NCBI GenBank assembly: GCA_051362555.1
Contig: CM120646.1
Coordinates: 5,704,001 to 5,768,000 of the forward strand
Length of the DNA stretch: 64,000 bases
Origin: Lingula anatina
Lineage: Eukaryota > Animalia > Brachiopoda
Direction: 5' to 3'
The notes beneath the pieces are model-generated. The model was given only the letters and a program-made list of their open reading frames with translations, ran no database searches and was not told the origin of the DNA. Both the position numbers and the translations under genes were made by a program. The stretch's first letter is position 1. Each line of letters starts with the position of its first letter. Of this stretch, positions 1 to 35,147 are shown piece after piece.

Positions 1-1071
1 CCAAACTTTCTGACACGCGCACGTAGTCGCGTTTCCGGTTACTACATTTTGATAGAACGAAAGAAATTTCACTGCCCAACTGGTATATGTACTGGTATTC
101 GTAGAGCTGTATAAACTTATAATATAGCGCTGAGAGAAGTGCCATTGCCCCTACTTGATAGGATTGAATTGCTCTTTTTTGAGAGTTTGAATTTGACTGT
201 AAGTTTTCATACTTTTACAAATAAATATTTTTATGTATGTATGCAAGAAGTCTTTATAAATTTAATTGAGTTGTAAAATGATAATCATTATTATTATCGA
301 AAAAAAGCCATCAAATTTGTCATCGTGAAAATGCAGCTAACGATAAACGTGAGAAAGCGAAGTCTGGTTTAGATTTAAAGAAAGGGGAATGAAAAAGAAA
401 TAAAGAGTTCCGTGTGAGTGATTTTTCTGTCCATTTACTCTCTTCAAATTCGTTTAATTTACTGCGACCGGAGGCTAACACGAACTTCCGATGACAGGAA
501 CATACCAATGTGCTTGGCAGGTTATGACTTTACAATCTGGCCCGCGTTTGGATCTGCTACTGAATCGTCTTACAATCTTTGCCGATTTCGTTTTAAAATA
601 GGTCGACTCATTGCAGACGTCATATCAAGTAATTTGGCATGAAATCGCTGCAAGAATGGGAACGTTTTTTTTTTCTGTATAGTGAGGTAGGAAGTGCTTG
701 CGAACTGTAGAGCAAATTATTGTAATTGATGTGAGCGGAAGAAACGGCGATGACATGTGTTGATAAATACTAGAGTAAAACCAACAGCATTTGTAACAGT
801 AAGTTATTCATATATCCGTATTATAAGGTTGACAACAGTAGTAAGTTTTTAGAAGTAGGAATAATGGTTTGTAGCGACAATTAGTAGCATCAGTGTCAAA
901 GTTTGCTCCGCATAACTGCATGACAACAAGTAACATCGGAACAACGGTTTACAGGGCTGCTGTGAATTCTGATTACCACATAGAGCAGCCAGAAGAGAGG
1001 GAGAATTAATTAGTAGCAGTAAGTGAACACCATTCACTGACACTGAATTTGTCACCACAATTATCTCCTAC

Positions 1072-1330
1072 CTGTTACCAGTGACTGATAGTTCGGGTAG
1101 GAGCTGGAGGGGAAGACAGGACGCAAGTACGTGGCCGATGCCCCCTTTTCCTTGATCCGAGGAAACCCACGCAGTCCGGGGAGGTCGTCGTAGTCCCAGC
1201 GGAAACCGTCTAATAAAAACACGAGCAGTTTTTGGCGAATTTTGACAGCTGAGCGGGCTACGCCGCCACGCGCGGACAGCCCTATTAACGCTGCACAGAG
1301 GCTGAAGTGGAAGAACGACAGCTTCAGCAT
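1072..1330 (-). CDS. ENPP6: First coding exon of ENPP6-like ectonucleotide pyrophosphatase/phosphodiesterase; rest of gene lies beyond the left window edge or was not found
   Basis: Signal-peptide-like N-terminus, then [14 protein letters not shown] and [16 protein letters not shown] (NPP family motifs; Ser at the nucleophile position as in ENPP6 SLSYPN). GT donor (ACAG|gtagga) at 1071-1070. Confidence 0.8.
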
Positions 1331-3665
1331 ACTTTCTTCTTGGCGATGACCCCTAGCTCCAGATATGCTTGACCTCCTGGAATAGTTTGTTTAAGACGGC
1401 AAAACTGAGAAACCCCGTTTCGTGCAGAAACCCCCCAAAAACGCCTGACAGCTACTTTCCTCGGGACTCGTTGTCCGTCATTGATTCGATCTGGGAAAAC
1501 ATTATAACTATCGCAGGGAAAACACAACTCTATATAATACTGGTGAGTGAACCTCAGCCCCGAGTACGCACGTGTGTGTGAGTTAATTATATCAGAGCTA
1601 CCACTTTTCAATGGCTTACTCCATTGCATTCGCAGCTCATCCAAATAGGTTGGAGGAACAGACAATGTGGAGATATGTGATGTTTTCGTAGTGACGGGCT
1701 GACACGAGAGGTCGCAGCATTTGTGGATTATCGAGCACTGGTCCAGGTGTCTTCACCTGAGAAACGCCACAATCACTGGGTGGTCTCAGATCTTATGCCT
1801 GACACAAACCAGCCACTGTGGAAACACTTCGCCTAACAGCTTCCCAGTGGCGTTTATTTTCTGCTTATTTTTTTCTTCGGTTTCTTTTTTTTTTCTTTCC
1901 TGGATTGCAAAATATTTTTAATTGCAAGGATTTGACACATGTTTATCAGCAAACGTGTGGAATATTTTTAATTGTTCCTGTTCCTTTTTTCCCTGCTCCA
2001 CTTTCTTTGAATCATATTATTATTATTATTATTATTATTGTTGTTGTTGTTGTTATTACGAAACTCTTCCACAAATATACTTGCATAATTGATTATCTAT
2101 GCATCACTATCTTTCTTTTTTCTCCTGTCCTGTGTATATAGACGAATAGAAAGTTATACACACGTTGTCAACATTTTATACGTATGATCACTGACACCGT
2201 ATTGCCACCATAATAACGAGCTGCCAGTAGTTAGTGCCTGTCGTCAGTCTGCTTGCTATCTATAGGGCAAGTCAAACCAACACAGGTCTATTTATTTCGT
2301 ATACATTTCTACAGTTATTCGTTCTTTTTTTTTAATTTGACATGTCTGTCCTTTTGGCGGCCTGTCTAACAATGCACATACGCTCCGCAACGGTCGGTGT
2401 AATTCTGGGATTGTTTGTGACCCGGCCTAAACAAAATTGTAATCGATAATTTTACCATGCCTGGCGTCAAAGATGTGAAAGTTCTATTTCAGTACATAAA
2501 TGTTGTCGAAATATATTCTCTTTGGCATAATGATAAACTGAGAAGAAGCATTACATATTTTACCCCACTGGCTCACAAAGCCAGCCGACTACATGCTTTA
2601 GCCGTTGATCGCATTGTTATCGCGTACGTCTTCATTTTCTGAATGGCACAAAAAAAAAAAAAAAAAATAATAATAATAAGTTTCACCCTCTGCCTCCTTC
2701 ATTCCCACCCCTTCTCACCTCCTCGAGCAAACCTCTGAAAACACATATATACACGAAGATTGATTGTTTTAACAAGATTGTCTTAAAAGAGATATAAATA
2801 TTAGAATTTGATGAAGTAAAACATTTAACAAGAAAAAGACAGTATCACAGAAAGGTCTGAGTAACGTTTCCTCTAGACTTTGATTTCCCTTCGTTATATC
2901 GCGCTCGCAGATGCAGATGTTTGTCAAGTGATGGAAATTAGTAGAGTGCAATAATTACCAAACAAGGCGAAAAATTTTCAGTATATGAAAGAGACTAGAG
3001 TAGCATGCACTGAAAGTCGGGACAGCATCACACCAACTTGGGGTATTTTCTGCATAAACTTTGCGAGTCCATGATGCTTCTAATAACAAAACTAACTTTC
3101 GAAAAGTGTAAAGAAACTAACTCCCCAAAGAAAGCTACAGTGAAGCTAACGGCATTATACATGATTTAACTGCACAATCATTTCAATAATAGGGACGATT
3201 CTGAGACTTTAAAGCCGCATGGTTTGCATTTTTGAATGATTTTTTTCCAAAGCGGCCCGACAGACACCACCTGCGTAAACAACCCGATGACATCGAAGAA
3301 AAATAACCGAGAGAGTGATTCTGAAATATTAAAACCCTGCCAGTGCCCGCGAACAGGTTATCCTTACTAGGCTGATATTATATAGTCAGAGCCATTTTTT
3401 CCATTTCCACAGGTCGCTAGTTACCACTAAAAGGGTTATCGTATAACCTCCCCGAAAAAGATTTTATTTATGCCCAACAACAAACAGATTTGTTTTAAAA
3501 AATAATTTTTATTTTTCGTTATGAAAACATAATATTGGGACAAGAATGCAACACGAAGAATGGGACAAAGGGTGTAAATTATATAAAAATGTAAAATGGA
3601 ATCATCATGTTTGAAGAAACAGAAGTTTCTGTGGCTATTTTTCTTTACTTTAAATTTCATGAAAA

Positions 3666-4655
3666 TCATCGCTTGCATTTTTCCAGAGAATATTTTATCA
3701 GTTGAGCGATTCCTATGTTGGATTTCAGTATTTCGTCTCTTCCCATTTCCTTGAAATTCTGCGGATACAATGCATTGTTTAAACTAAGAATTTCGGTGTC
3801 TTTAAGTTTAGAAGTTATATTTTCGTCGGAGCCCATCATTTGGTTGGCGTCGTACTGCGTCCAAGTCGAGGGTCCGTCAAGCATTGAATATTTGATCTTT
3901 TTCTGAGTTACCAAGCGTTCTAAAATAGGCTTAACTCCATTAACGATCTCTGACCACTGAACGGGATATTCTTTTAGTTTTCCCTCAGAATAAAGTCGCA
4001 GGTTCTTGAGCTGTAAGTCCAGTATTAAGTCTATCCTTGCCATCCATTCTATCGTCAATTTTGTCCCCGCTTTCATGGGACCCAAGTCTCCTACGTGAAG
4101 ATTGTCAACATTCCCTCGAGAGCTCGCGCCAACGACGTCGGCATCCGGGAGTTTTGCCGCAAGTTCTTTATAACTTTTCATTCCTATGGTGTCAATATCA
4201 AGGTAGACGCCTCCGAACGTGTGGAGTATTTTAGCACGGAAGTAATCTGAGCGGTGGTGAATGCGTAAAAACCGGTAAGCTTTGTGCACAGTCCCTACAC
4301 TTTTGATAAACTCTGTGTCATTGAGGACTTTCACGTTAAAATCTCTAAAATTGTGACAGGAAAGCGTCTCCAGACAGAGATCCACATAGGCAGGGCGGTG
4401 ATGTCCCTCCCAGTATATCCAAATAAAAGGTTTGTTGTTGTATTCGTACAGCCCGCGTTCACTTAAAACCAAATCCTCTTTTTGAACGCCTGTAGTGGAA
4501 TAATATTGAGAATTTCTGTTTATTCCTTCATTTAAACTGCTTTTGTTATTTTTTAGGTCTGTCCTTCTCGCGAGTTGATATCTGGTGGACAGGAAAATGA
4601 GAGAGACGGTAGCGACGCCTATTGCTGCCAAAGAAAGTTTGAACAGTAGCTTCAT
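3666..4655 (-). CDS. Intronless type II membrane DXD glycosyltransferase, GT32 / capsular-polysaccharide-synthesis (Caps_synth)-like, ~329 aa
   Basis: ORF 3666-4715; likely start MKLLFKLSLAAIGVATVSLIFL at 4655, just after a polypyrimidine-AG acceptor; motifs IWIYWEG, HRSDYFRAKILHTFGGVYLDID. Confidence 0.8.
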   Translation of the reverse strand: MKLLFKLSLAAIGVATVSLIFLSTRYQLARRTDLKNNKSSLNEGINRNSQYYSTTGVQKEDLVLSERGLYEYNNKPFIWIYWEGHHRPAYVDLCLETLSCHNFRDFNVKVLNDTEFIKSVGTVHKAYRFLRIHHRSDYFRAKILHTFGGVYLDIDTIGMKSYKELAAKLPDADVVGASSRGNVDNLHVGDLGPMKAGTKLTIEWMARIDLILDLQLKNLRLYSEGKLKEYPVQWSEIVNGVKPILERLVTQKKIKYSMLDGPSTWTQYDANQMMGSDENITSKLKDTEILSLNNALYPQNFKEMGRDEILKSNIGIAQLIKYSLEKCKR

Positions 4656-5427
4656 GGTTTGGGCAAATGACTGAAAAGGGAAAGGCAGGCATAACATTTT
4701 CGACACACAGAACATCTTCGTAGAAAGCGCATAGACCTACATAGTGCGACAAATTGAAAAAGCAAGTAGATCAACAAATTAAAAATTATTATAATAAAAG
4801 AACTAGTAAACGAACTACAGGGATATGGTTTTGGTGCCTTGTATCCCCTTATATTTCCTTCATCTCGTTTCCTCTGCCCCCCCCCCCCTTTGCTTTTTTT
4901 TAAATCTCTGTCTTTTGTTTTTATCTGCTTTCCACTTCACAAGCACAGCATTTTAACAGAACAGCGTGTAGTAATTGATAAAAACAGGTTGTAGCTCTCA
5001 GGTAATGTACATATATCATGTACCCTTTATCTGGGCCATAGATTCATTATGTGCATATTACTGCAGCAGAAAATCGTGTCATAATTTAACCAGTGCATAT
5101 TACTGCAGCAGAAAATCGTGTCATAATTTAACCAGAGACCTATCTGTGAATATCTTATGAAAAATCAATCTGTGACACGGGTAGAGGGTATATAATACCA
5201 TGTGAGTCGTAACATATGCTGTAATCTACCCAATCCCCACCGTAAGATGCACGATACGACGTCTTACTTACATACCCTCTACAAGGGTGGCAGATATTAT
5301 GGAGAAATTTTCAAATTACTGTCTATTTATCTAGAGACATATCTGTGAATATCTTGTGAAAAATCAATCTGTTGCTCTGGTAGAGGGTACTACTTGCAAT
5401 GTTTGCAGCGTGTAAGCTTAAGGTGGT

Positions 5428-5461
<34 letters not shown>

Positions 5462-7332
5462 CTGAGCAAAATTCTATGTTATCATACTTACACTCCAAAA
5501 GTGCAAAATCCTTTTAAGCTCCCCTCTCTGTCTGCTATCATCCTGCCATCTCAGGTGTCGTCGTTTGTGGGTATTCTGTAAGAAGCCTAAACCGATGTAA
5601 GGTCAGCACCAGTAGTAAGTTCTATGTGCCTCTATTTAGATGTCAAAACATCTGCAGGTCTCTTTAGATAGAAAAAAATCCTAAACATACGCACAGCATC
5701 AACACTTGAGGTTTCCACGTTATCTACGTGTCAGTTTATATATATCTAGTATTCATCTCGAGCCCGACAACAATTGGCCTCTATCTCCTCGGGAAATGCA
5801 GCTTATCGTTCATGTCACGCATTATTTTGGTCTATCTTGTGTGGCGAGGTGCATGATGATGAAGCGTACTGTGCCCAGAAATGTGCACGTCTATTAATTA
5901 AGGTGTAGTTAACACAATGTGGTAACCTAAACCAATAGGTATTGCTCCTCAGGTTTTTTAGAAACCATCAGAGTACGTGTGAATACGATAAAATTACAAC
6001 CATTAGGACAAAAATTAACATGGGAAGAGATGAAGGTGAAACGTGTGTAGGTTGAGGTGGTATTTGCAGACTCGTAAACGGGTAACAAATGCGCATATCA
6101 TCAACTGTCGAGCTCCTAGATAGACAGGGGGAGTGGGGGGTGTTGGTGTAGGTAGCCCCAGGCACTGCCCCCATCCCCCAGTTTTGGTTTGTTTGCAAAC
6201 ATTTTAAAATGTGACAAGCCCAGAAAAGAGAAATATTTCCCCGTCCCTTTGATAAAATTCTGGACGAAGAAATTGAGGACTTGGAGTCAAAACAGAAATG
6301 TATTTTATCCATGTTCTTGAGCCGTTAGGTTATAATATTTATTTATACTATAAATTATGTGCAGCACCTCAACATTACCGTCACGATTTGTAACTTGATA
6401 ACGAAAGCGTGGCAAAATAGCATATATCATGTCAAGTTCAGAAGAATAGAGAAAGCATGATTGCGAGAAGTGATGTGCTATTTTCATAGTAAAAGGCTTT
6501 GTGCTAGTTATTTGAATTGTAACTCTTAAGAGATTTTCTTAAGGAGACAGAGACTCCTTTGCTGTCAACATTCTTCGAATGCTGGGTATTAATAAAAACA
6601 CTGAAAAAAAAACTGGCAAAAACTTCTTAAGATTAAATAATTTTTTTTTTATTTTCTTTTGTCGTTTCCAATGAAATTTTGCCTATGCTAACTAAATAGT
6701 CTTCAAGTCCAATCCCCACCCTGAAAATCATCAGCCATCAATTCTTAAACCTAGCAGAAAATATCTGCACTTGTAATCTAAGCTGTAATGTCTCTTTTCT
6801 TAACAACAGAAAGTGTCATCTTTTCATAAATTATTTTTACATCCATTAATGGCTGTGATAGGTCATACATGTTTAACCATGCTTATTTTATCTAAACAAA
6901 GTCTATATCGGTCCCACAAAAAAGCGTATTTTTTTTCCAGGATTCATAAAATATTTTTCTGTGATCCACTTCCACAACTGTCCTTTTGTCCTGCGCCGAT
7001 GTCCATAAATTTTCACTTCTATCCAGTTGTCCATTTTCATACATGTCCAGGTGGTGTAGTACACATTAAGACAAGTAAGCAGAGAACACTTAGCCTGGCA
7101 GCTCACAGGTTTTTGAAATGGTAGGTGAAATAGTTTGTTTTGAAGTCTTCACTTCCATTTTGTTATGTGTGGTACACATAATGTCATAAAATTAAATATG
7201 ATCCAATTTTTCTTCACCAGTCAGATCAGCATCGGTCAGAGTACATAGTGTGATAATTGATTCAACAAATGCTTTGAACTCCTAACCACAGTGTCATTAT
7301 TGTTTATTTATTTTTCAATCACTGTATCAGCA

Positions 7333-29174
<21,842 letters not shown>

Positions 29175-29244
29175 TCTGCAATCCAACCACCTGCAACTTT
29201 TCTTTATTGTGTATTTGTTCCTCAGAAAATTATGTTATTGCCAG

Positions 29245-29312
29245 CCGGCAACTTCCAGCGTGGATCCAATATGGCGGACTTGTTCCACGTATTCTTCACT
29301 CTGATTGGTCAA
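29245..29312 (-). promoter_or_regulatory. Probable COPA housekeeping core promoter (YY1-like AATATGGCGG, CCAAT box, ETS-like ACTTCC)
   Basis: AATATGGCGG ~29268-29277, CTGATTGGTC 29301-29310 (CCAAT on the minus strand), ACTTCC 29251-29256, 70-140 bp upstream of the ATG at 29174. Confidence 0.55.
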
Positions 29313-30457
29313 AGAACTGACAATTGCGTTTATTGCGATAATGTCACCTCTGCTGCAATTTCTCAAAATGTGTATACATACACATGTATGTACATTCTTC
29401 TGATTTGTTCGAAATGATAATTTATACAACATTGGTCAACAAGGTCGTCCCGATCTCAAGAGGGTACATGTTATAAATTTGAATAAAAGACATAAATATG
29501 GATATCTTCACCGCTATTTTGTATTTCTGAACCATTAATCATGTTAGATATAGTATGTGGAATAAAAAAAGCACTGTTCGTAACAATTTACTTTTGTGAG
29601 GTGATCATTTTATAAATGAAAGCGCAAGGACATGGGGGTGGGAAAACCTTTTTGACCAATGTTGTATATATTTATCATATTCCTTTGCATATTACGGGTA
29701 TAAATCTATTTATGGGTCTCCTTGAATAAGTTTGTGCAAATAGGCGAATATAAGAAACTCCCAAACAATTGTCTTTGTGCGTGTTATGTAAGTAAAATTG
29801 CCTTATTTAAACGAAATATAAAGTTTACGTTCTAAGAGCACAGTCAGATGGAAAGTTCATTTGCTCTTAATTTTCTTTCCATTAAAAACATGCACGACAT
29901 TTTGACTAGATCTACGTTTAACAAATTAATACTAATTAATATTACTGTTACCTAATTATTCCAAATAAATGTAATACGATACAAGAATGAAAGATAACAA
30001 ATGCAATGAAACGAAGGAATGTATCTCAAATAAAACCGCTTACTTTTTATTTTAATTGTCTGTATTATATTGATATAATGTTTATCATTTCAATCCAAGA
30101 ACGCTGCTTAGGATGAGGTAGAATATGTTATCCGTTTCCTTTCAGTTTTAAGTACTCCTTTAGTCGTCTTAGTCAGCATCAGAGTCTACTTGAGTGCCTC
30201 AGGTGGTTCACGTGTGCCCTTTTATAACCTGCTTATAGACTATTACATGCATCGTACACTTTCAACAGTTTCTCCCCCTCAAGAATGCTTTCAGCCTACG
30301 GCTCAGCATTTAACTCTAATACTTCTGCCCCTCCCCTTTCTTTTTTCTTTTCTCCATAACCCTAAATTTGATAACATGAAACGATAGTATCAGTTTTCTA
30401 TCTGCAATAGCATCAAAATGACTTTACTGTTATATACTGAGATTTAAAAGGAGTCTA

Positions 30458-33400
30458 TTACAATTTAGTGCTCTCCTCAAGTTCAGATGAAAACCCAGCT
30501 ACATGTAGGTCTAGGTGTACATTTGCCATCTTGCGTTTTAGTCGCCATCTGCTGTGTTTCTGTCGCCGAGTTTTCCGCATAGATCGCCATCTTTTAATAT
30601 GTAGTCCTATCCGTCGCCCTCTTCTAAGAGCAAGCATTTCTTTTTCAGTGGGCTTCTTTAAATTGCTTTCCTTCCAGATATTCTAAAAAAAAAATAAAAC
30701 ATGGCATGCAAAAATGTGCCTCTACAATGTTGAGTATCTTACATTGAAGAGGCATTGCTGACAACTTTTTACGTTAACATTTTAAGTTTAAACTTTTGAA
30801 ATTATCAACAATACAAATATATGACAGCTGAGACCTCCCTTTTATTCTCTGGTGATACTCTACCCTTATCAGCATGATGAGCATCAGATCAACGTATTTT
30901 GAATTTGCGAGCCATGTTTACATATCTCTTTAATAATTAATATCTGATTTATTGAGCTCACCTCTATCACGTCCTCCTCGCTGACGTTGACTCTGATCAA
31001 AGTATACGTCGGCCTCTTCTCCAAAGATACTTTGGTGTATCTCAACGACGTCAGTCCGTCTACCGGTTGTAACCACTTTGTGTGGTACAAAAAGAATTCC
31101 CTGCAAAATTATGAAATGCACGGTTAGCTGGTAGGGCCAACAAATTAAAAAATTGTAACTCATGTTAAAGAAAAACGCAACTCTTTAAACGGAATGCCGT
31201 AAACATTAACTTATGGTAAAAGTAAAGAAAAGTAAATAAATAAATAAATAAACAACTTGTACATGTAAATTCCTGTCCAGATTATTTTTCGCCAAATACT
31301 ACCCGTTTTAATGGAACTGATAAGCACCTCATGATATTTTTGGGGTTTGTTTTATCTTTTCCATGGGCTATTGCTTTGTAACGTCCAATTTCTGGTGGTA
31401 GATACTGGATTTTAATTCCTTTGTCAGTCAGCCTTAAGTATAAGAATATGATGAACGTTTTAACATCAAAATATACAAATTTGACGTGTTACAATAAAAA
31501 TTTTAATACTTGAGATGGATTTCTGATAGTGTCCCACCATTCCCCTCTCTTCCCTCCACTAGACAAAATTGTCTCCTGCAAAATAAATTAAATAAATAAA
31601 AAGTAAACATAAGAGAGAAATGATGGGGGTCAATTCAATGCTCCCCTCTGCCAACTTCTCTGCAGCATTGAAAATCCGTGAACTGAAATAAATGATGCTT
31701 GGGGTATGCCCCACGTGGACCTTATTGTGTGTCCTTTCTACCCTCTAAAGAAAGCTCCTAAACGTACCTGCACACACACACACACACACGCAAAGAAGCA
31801 CACATATTCCATTATATACTAGTCACTTACCTTTTTCTAAAATCATCGTCTTCTCCGCCCCAACCAAAATATACATTAGAGAAGCCGTTGACAGACGTGA
31901 AAGTCTCTCTTGATACTGCCACCACACCTCCGATATACCCACGATATGGAGTTCTACAATGTCATGAAATACATGATATAACAATATAATCTATAAAATA
32001 TCTTTCTTGTTCGTTTTGCATGCATGGTTCGTATATGAATGATATATGGTTATCATTTTAATCTGTTCATTAAGTTTTAATATTTTGAAACATGTAACGT
32101 GCCAGTCCGAGTTTCAGGTTTTTTACTGTTTATCTATAATTCAAATTACAAAAAAAGATGCATAATAAAATCTCACTCATTGGCCCTACCACTTTGAGCC
32201 CCAAATGGATTTTTACTACTTTGTTATGTGTCTGGGAAGGGCGGGACAGGGGCTGGATTTGCTGAATAAAAAGGAAATCAAGCCAATCCTACATCATGAT
32301 AAAAACCGATGAAATCAGGTTTTTGTGGAGATTTCATTCTCTCGCTCTGTTACAAAGACCAGCCTTCATAATCCAATGTATGAGCGCGTTCGACGTTTAT
32401 CGGGATAGAAAAAAAGGCATTTTGTCTCGATTCACCCGCCGCTTTTGCGTGCAAAGGCAATAAAACAAAGACTCAGAAAGGTTGAAATGTGTGTGTGTGC
32501 GCGCGCGCGGCGATGCTGGAGGGGGTGGGGATATTGGGGGATGTTTAGATCGTGGTTTACTAGATCCGCCATTAAAATGATTGTATGGGCCACGTACTTC
32601 CACTTCCATTTGTCCTGCCCGGAAGCCATATGTGCCACGCCCAAACCCTGGGGACAGGTATACAGGAGCTGGTTGTTCTCTGGAATCAAGTCCACGTCAT
32701 GGAATATGTAACAAGAGAAGTTGTAGGTGTGCTGGGATTCCACAAAACCCACGTTCATGAGGAGAGCTCGGTTGAAGGTGGCCGGGGGTACCTTGATGTG
32801 GAATTAAAATGTTTGTTAAATTATACAGCAGAATATAAGCCCAAAGACTTCACTATGACGTCATTAAAGTTTTACAGGCCTCACAGACCTGTGTTTGGTA
32901 TAAAAACATAAATAAACTCAGATTGGATACAACCACAACAACGTAATGCTCCAAGTTCAGACTCGTACCGAACTTAGTGTATATTGTGTATTCAAAATTC
33001 ATCTGTTTTCCAAAGAGGTGCAGTTGCTTAGATTTTGCCACACTAATGGCTGATGACAATAAATCTATATAGTCTAATATACCTGTTCTATGACAAAGAT
33101 AGTGTAGTGGATTTTCTGGTGCTGGAGAAACGGGTGCAGGTTCTGAAGGAGTATTTCCAGATGGGTCTGTCTATCTCTGAACGGAATGATGACAGCCACG
33201 TGGGACAGGGCGTCACAGGTCTTGGGAAACCAAGAGCCGCCGGGTGTCAAGTCTTTGAACAGCTCGGCCTTCAGATCATTTGACATTATATTGTGCATGA
33301 CTACACTCACTCTGGTCTCTGAAGATGAAGGAGAAATATTCACAATGGATGTTAATAAAGGCATACGTGGAATGGAACTCAGGAGAATTTGATTTTCGTA

Positions 33401-34289
33401 CATAGTTTTTTGCCCAGCTTTAACTTTTTTAGGTTTTGTACACGTAAATGCTTTTATATTTTCCTTTTGAGCAACTTAATTTGCAGTATTTTAATATCTC
33501 AATCCTATTGTGCATATGCTGCAAACAAGTAGATTTAAATGAGCAAGTTAATGTATATTTATTATACTCAGTTTTCAGTTATGTATCTAACCTAGGTGAC
33601 TGATATTTATTCTACAAGGATGACTGGCAACAACCGGCTTGTACGTTATAAGCCTGAAAATATAGCATAGTAATGGGTTAGCCAATAGTGTCTACTCTTT
33701 TAGTTTGCTTTGTGTGTTTTCAATGGGTCCTTTTTTTCTTGAAATTAGTTCTAGATAATGGTTATATTTTAGTTGCAACATAATAATCATCTACTTGCAG
33801 ATTAAGCGTAGTTCATTCATTCGTATATGCAATATGCCTTTTGCGGCCAGATGACTAGATGTTGACTTCTTTTATTTACTAAAGAGCTTGCTCGCCAGCC
33901 TTCATTTGTATACTGGAGAGCAATGTCTTCAGTAAACAGTAGAAGTCAACATCTAGTCATCTAGCAGCAAAAGACATATTGACATACAATAATTGGTATA
34001 GCTATAGCAATAATAAATCAAAACTGAAAATGGAATTCATTAAAAACCTTATGCTCTAGACATATTATAAATGCACGAGCGGCTTGACTGCAAGAGGGGG
34101 TGGTACAGAAACATGTTATAACTAATATGCATTACATAAGTAGATACAAAAAGAAGAGGAAAGAAAAAGGTGGTGTATCACTACTCACCTAGTTGTTAAA
34201 TAAAGAATGACAACGAACTGGAAAAGACATAAAATGACCAGTGTTCTGTAACTGGCAAACCTAAAACTTAAAATGAACTTCTTCACCAT
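30458..34289 (-). CDS. GT7 beta-1,4-galactosyltransferase-family protein, 8 exons, ~394 aa
   Basis: Exons 34189-34289 (signal anchor [31 protein letters not shown]), 33592-33653, 33083-33318 ([14 protein letters not shown]), 32598-32791 ([17 protein letters not shown]), 31831-31953 ([18 protein letters not shown]), 31328-31432, 30962-31100 (DGLTSLRY), 30458-30682; all GT-AG and in frame. An unspliced alternative ends at stop 30884. Confidence 0.88.
33834..33979. mobile_element. Palindromic MITE (~145 bp); truncated related copy at ~51716-51849
   Basis: ATATGCCTTTTGCGGCCAGATGACTAGATGTTGACTTCT ... AGAAGTCAACATCTAGTCATCTAGCAGCAAAAGACATAT. Confidence 0.75.
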
Positions 34290-35147
34290 TATCTAGTAAC
34301 TATAGGTGTCTCTTCCCAAATTTAAACTCGATATCTCAAGCAGTCAGCAGCGTTGATGCTAGTCCCACGTCGATTGCCAATAAAACCAAAACCAGGCCAG
34401 TAAAAGTTTGTAAAAACATTCAGTTTCTAGCCACTGTTTCAGCTTTGGCAAGCGTATTCTTAGACTCTGCTGTCCTGAAGGGTAACGAGGCTGACTGTCT
34501 TTGGCACGAATGGTCTTTAACTTCTTTGTGTATCACCACAGGAGATATCCACCAGAGCCATGCCATGCATAGTAATGACTTCAATCTGAATCATATTTTC
34601 ATGACCGAGGTATTGAAAATATATGTTGCAGAAATTATGTCGCTTTCTACATGTATCTTCAGGTCATTCTGTCAGTGATTAACACGAAAGCGGTAGTATC
34701 TAATCATACCAGTTGGCGAAAACTGTGATGATTTCCAAAACCAAGTAGATTTGATTTGACATAAAATACTAACTGTTTACGAGTAACCACTGTCATGACT
34801 GTCAGATAAAAAATTCGTTGACCAAATTAGGGTCCGGTCTTGTTAGACAAGAAAGCCCAACCACGTAAGTACCCAGGCCTACTCTCACCAACTGCCATTT
34901 TTGAGTCCTTGCGATATCACCGTGTATATGGATCAGACAAAAGCCTTGGGCAAATTTGCCTGAAGTATTTGCAATAAAATTAGGGGAAAAACAATGCAAG
35001 CAATTCAGCTGTGAAAACCTCATTGAAATACTGGCAATAAATTGCTTGGATATGAAACATAAAAGCTACATACAGCGTTTTATATCGTTGCATTGGCCGT
35101 GATTGTAACAGCGGATTCGGTACCTTTTTTAATGCATTGGCATAGGG

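Noticed and set aside
320-3500. Numerous 60-110 aa ORFs (and similar short ORFs throughout introns)
   Set aside because: No recognisable domains; low-complexity or antisense to real exons; expected by chance.
4656-4715. Upstream extension of the GT32 ORF (MFCVSKMLCLPFPFQ)
   Set aside because: Overlaps a polypyrimidine/AG acceptor; ATG 4655 directly precedes the TM segment.
5051-5390. 42-bp tandem duplication and ~55-bp direct repeats
   Set aside because: Small local duplications with no LTR/TIR hallmarks or coding potential.
33319-33520. ORF-track start MYENQILL as the GT7 N-terminus
   Set aside because: Intronic: a strong acceptor at 33319-33320 plus upstream exons 33592-33653 and 34189-34289 give an in-frame signal-anchored protein.
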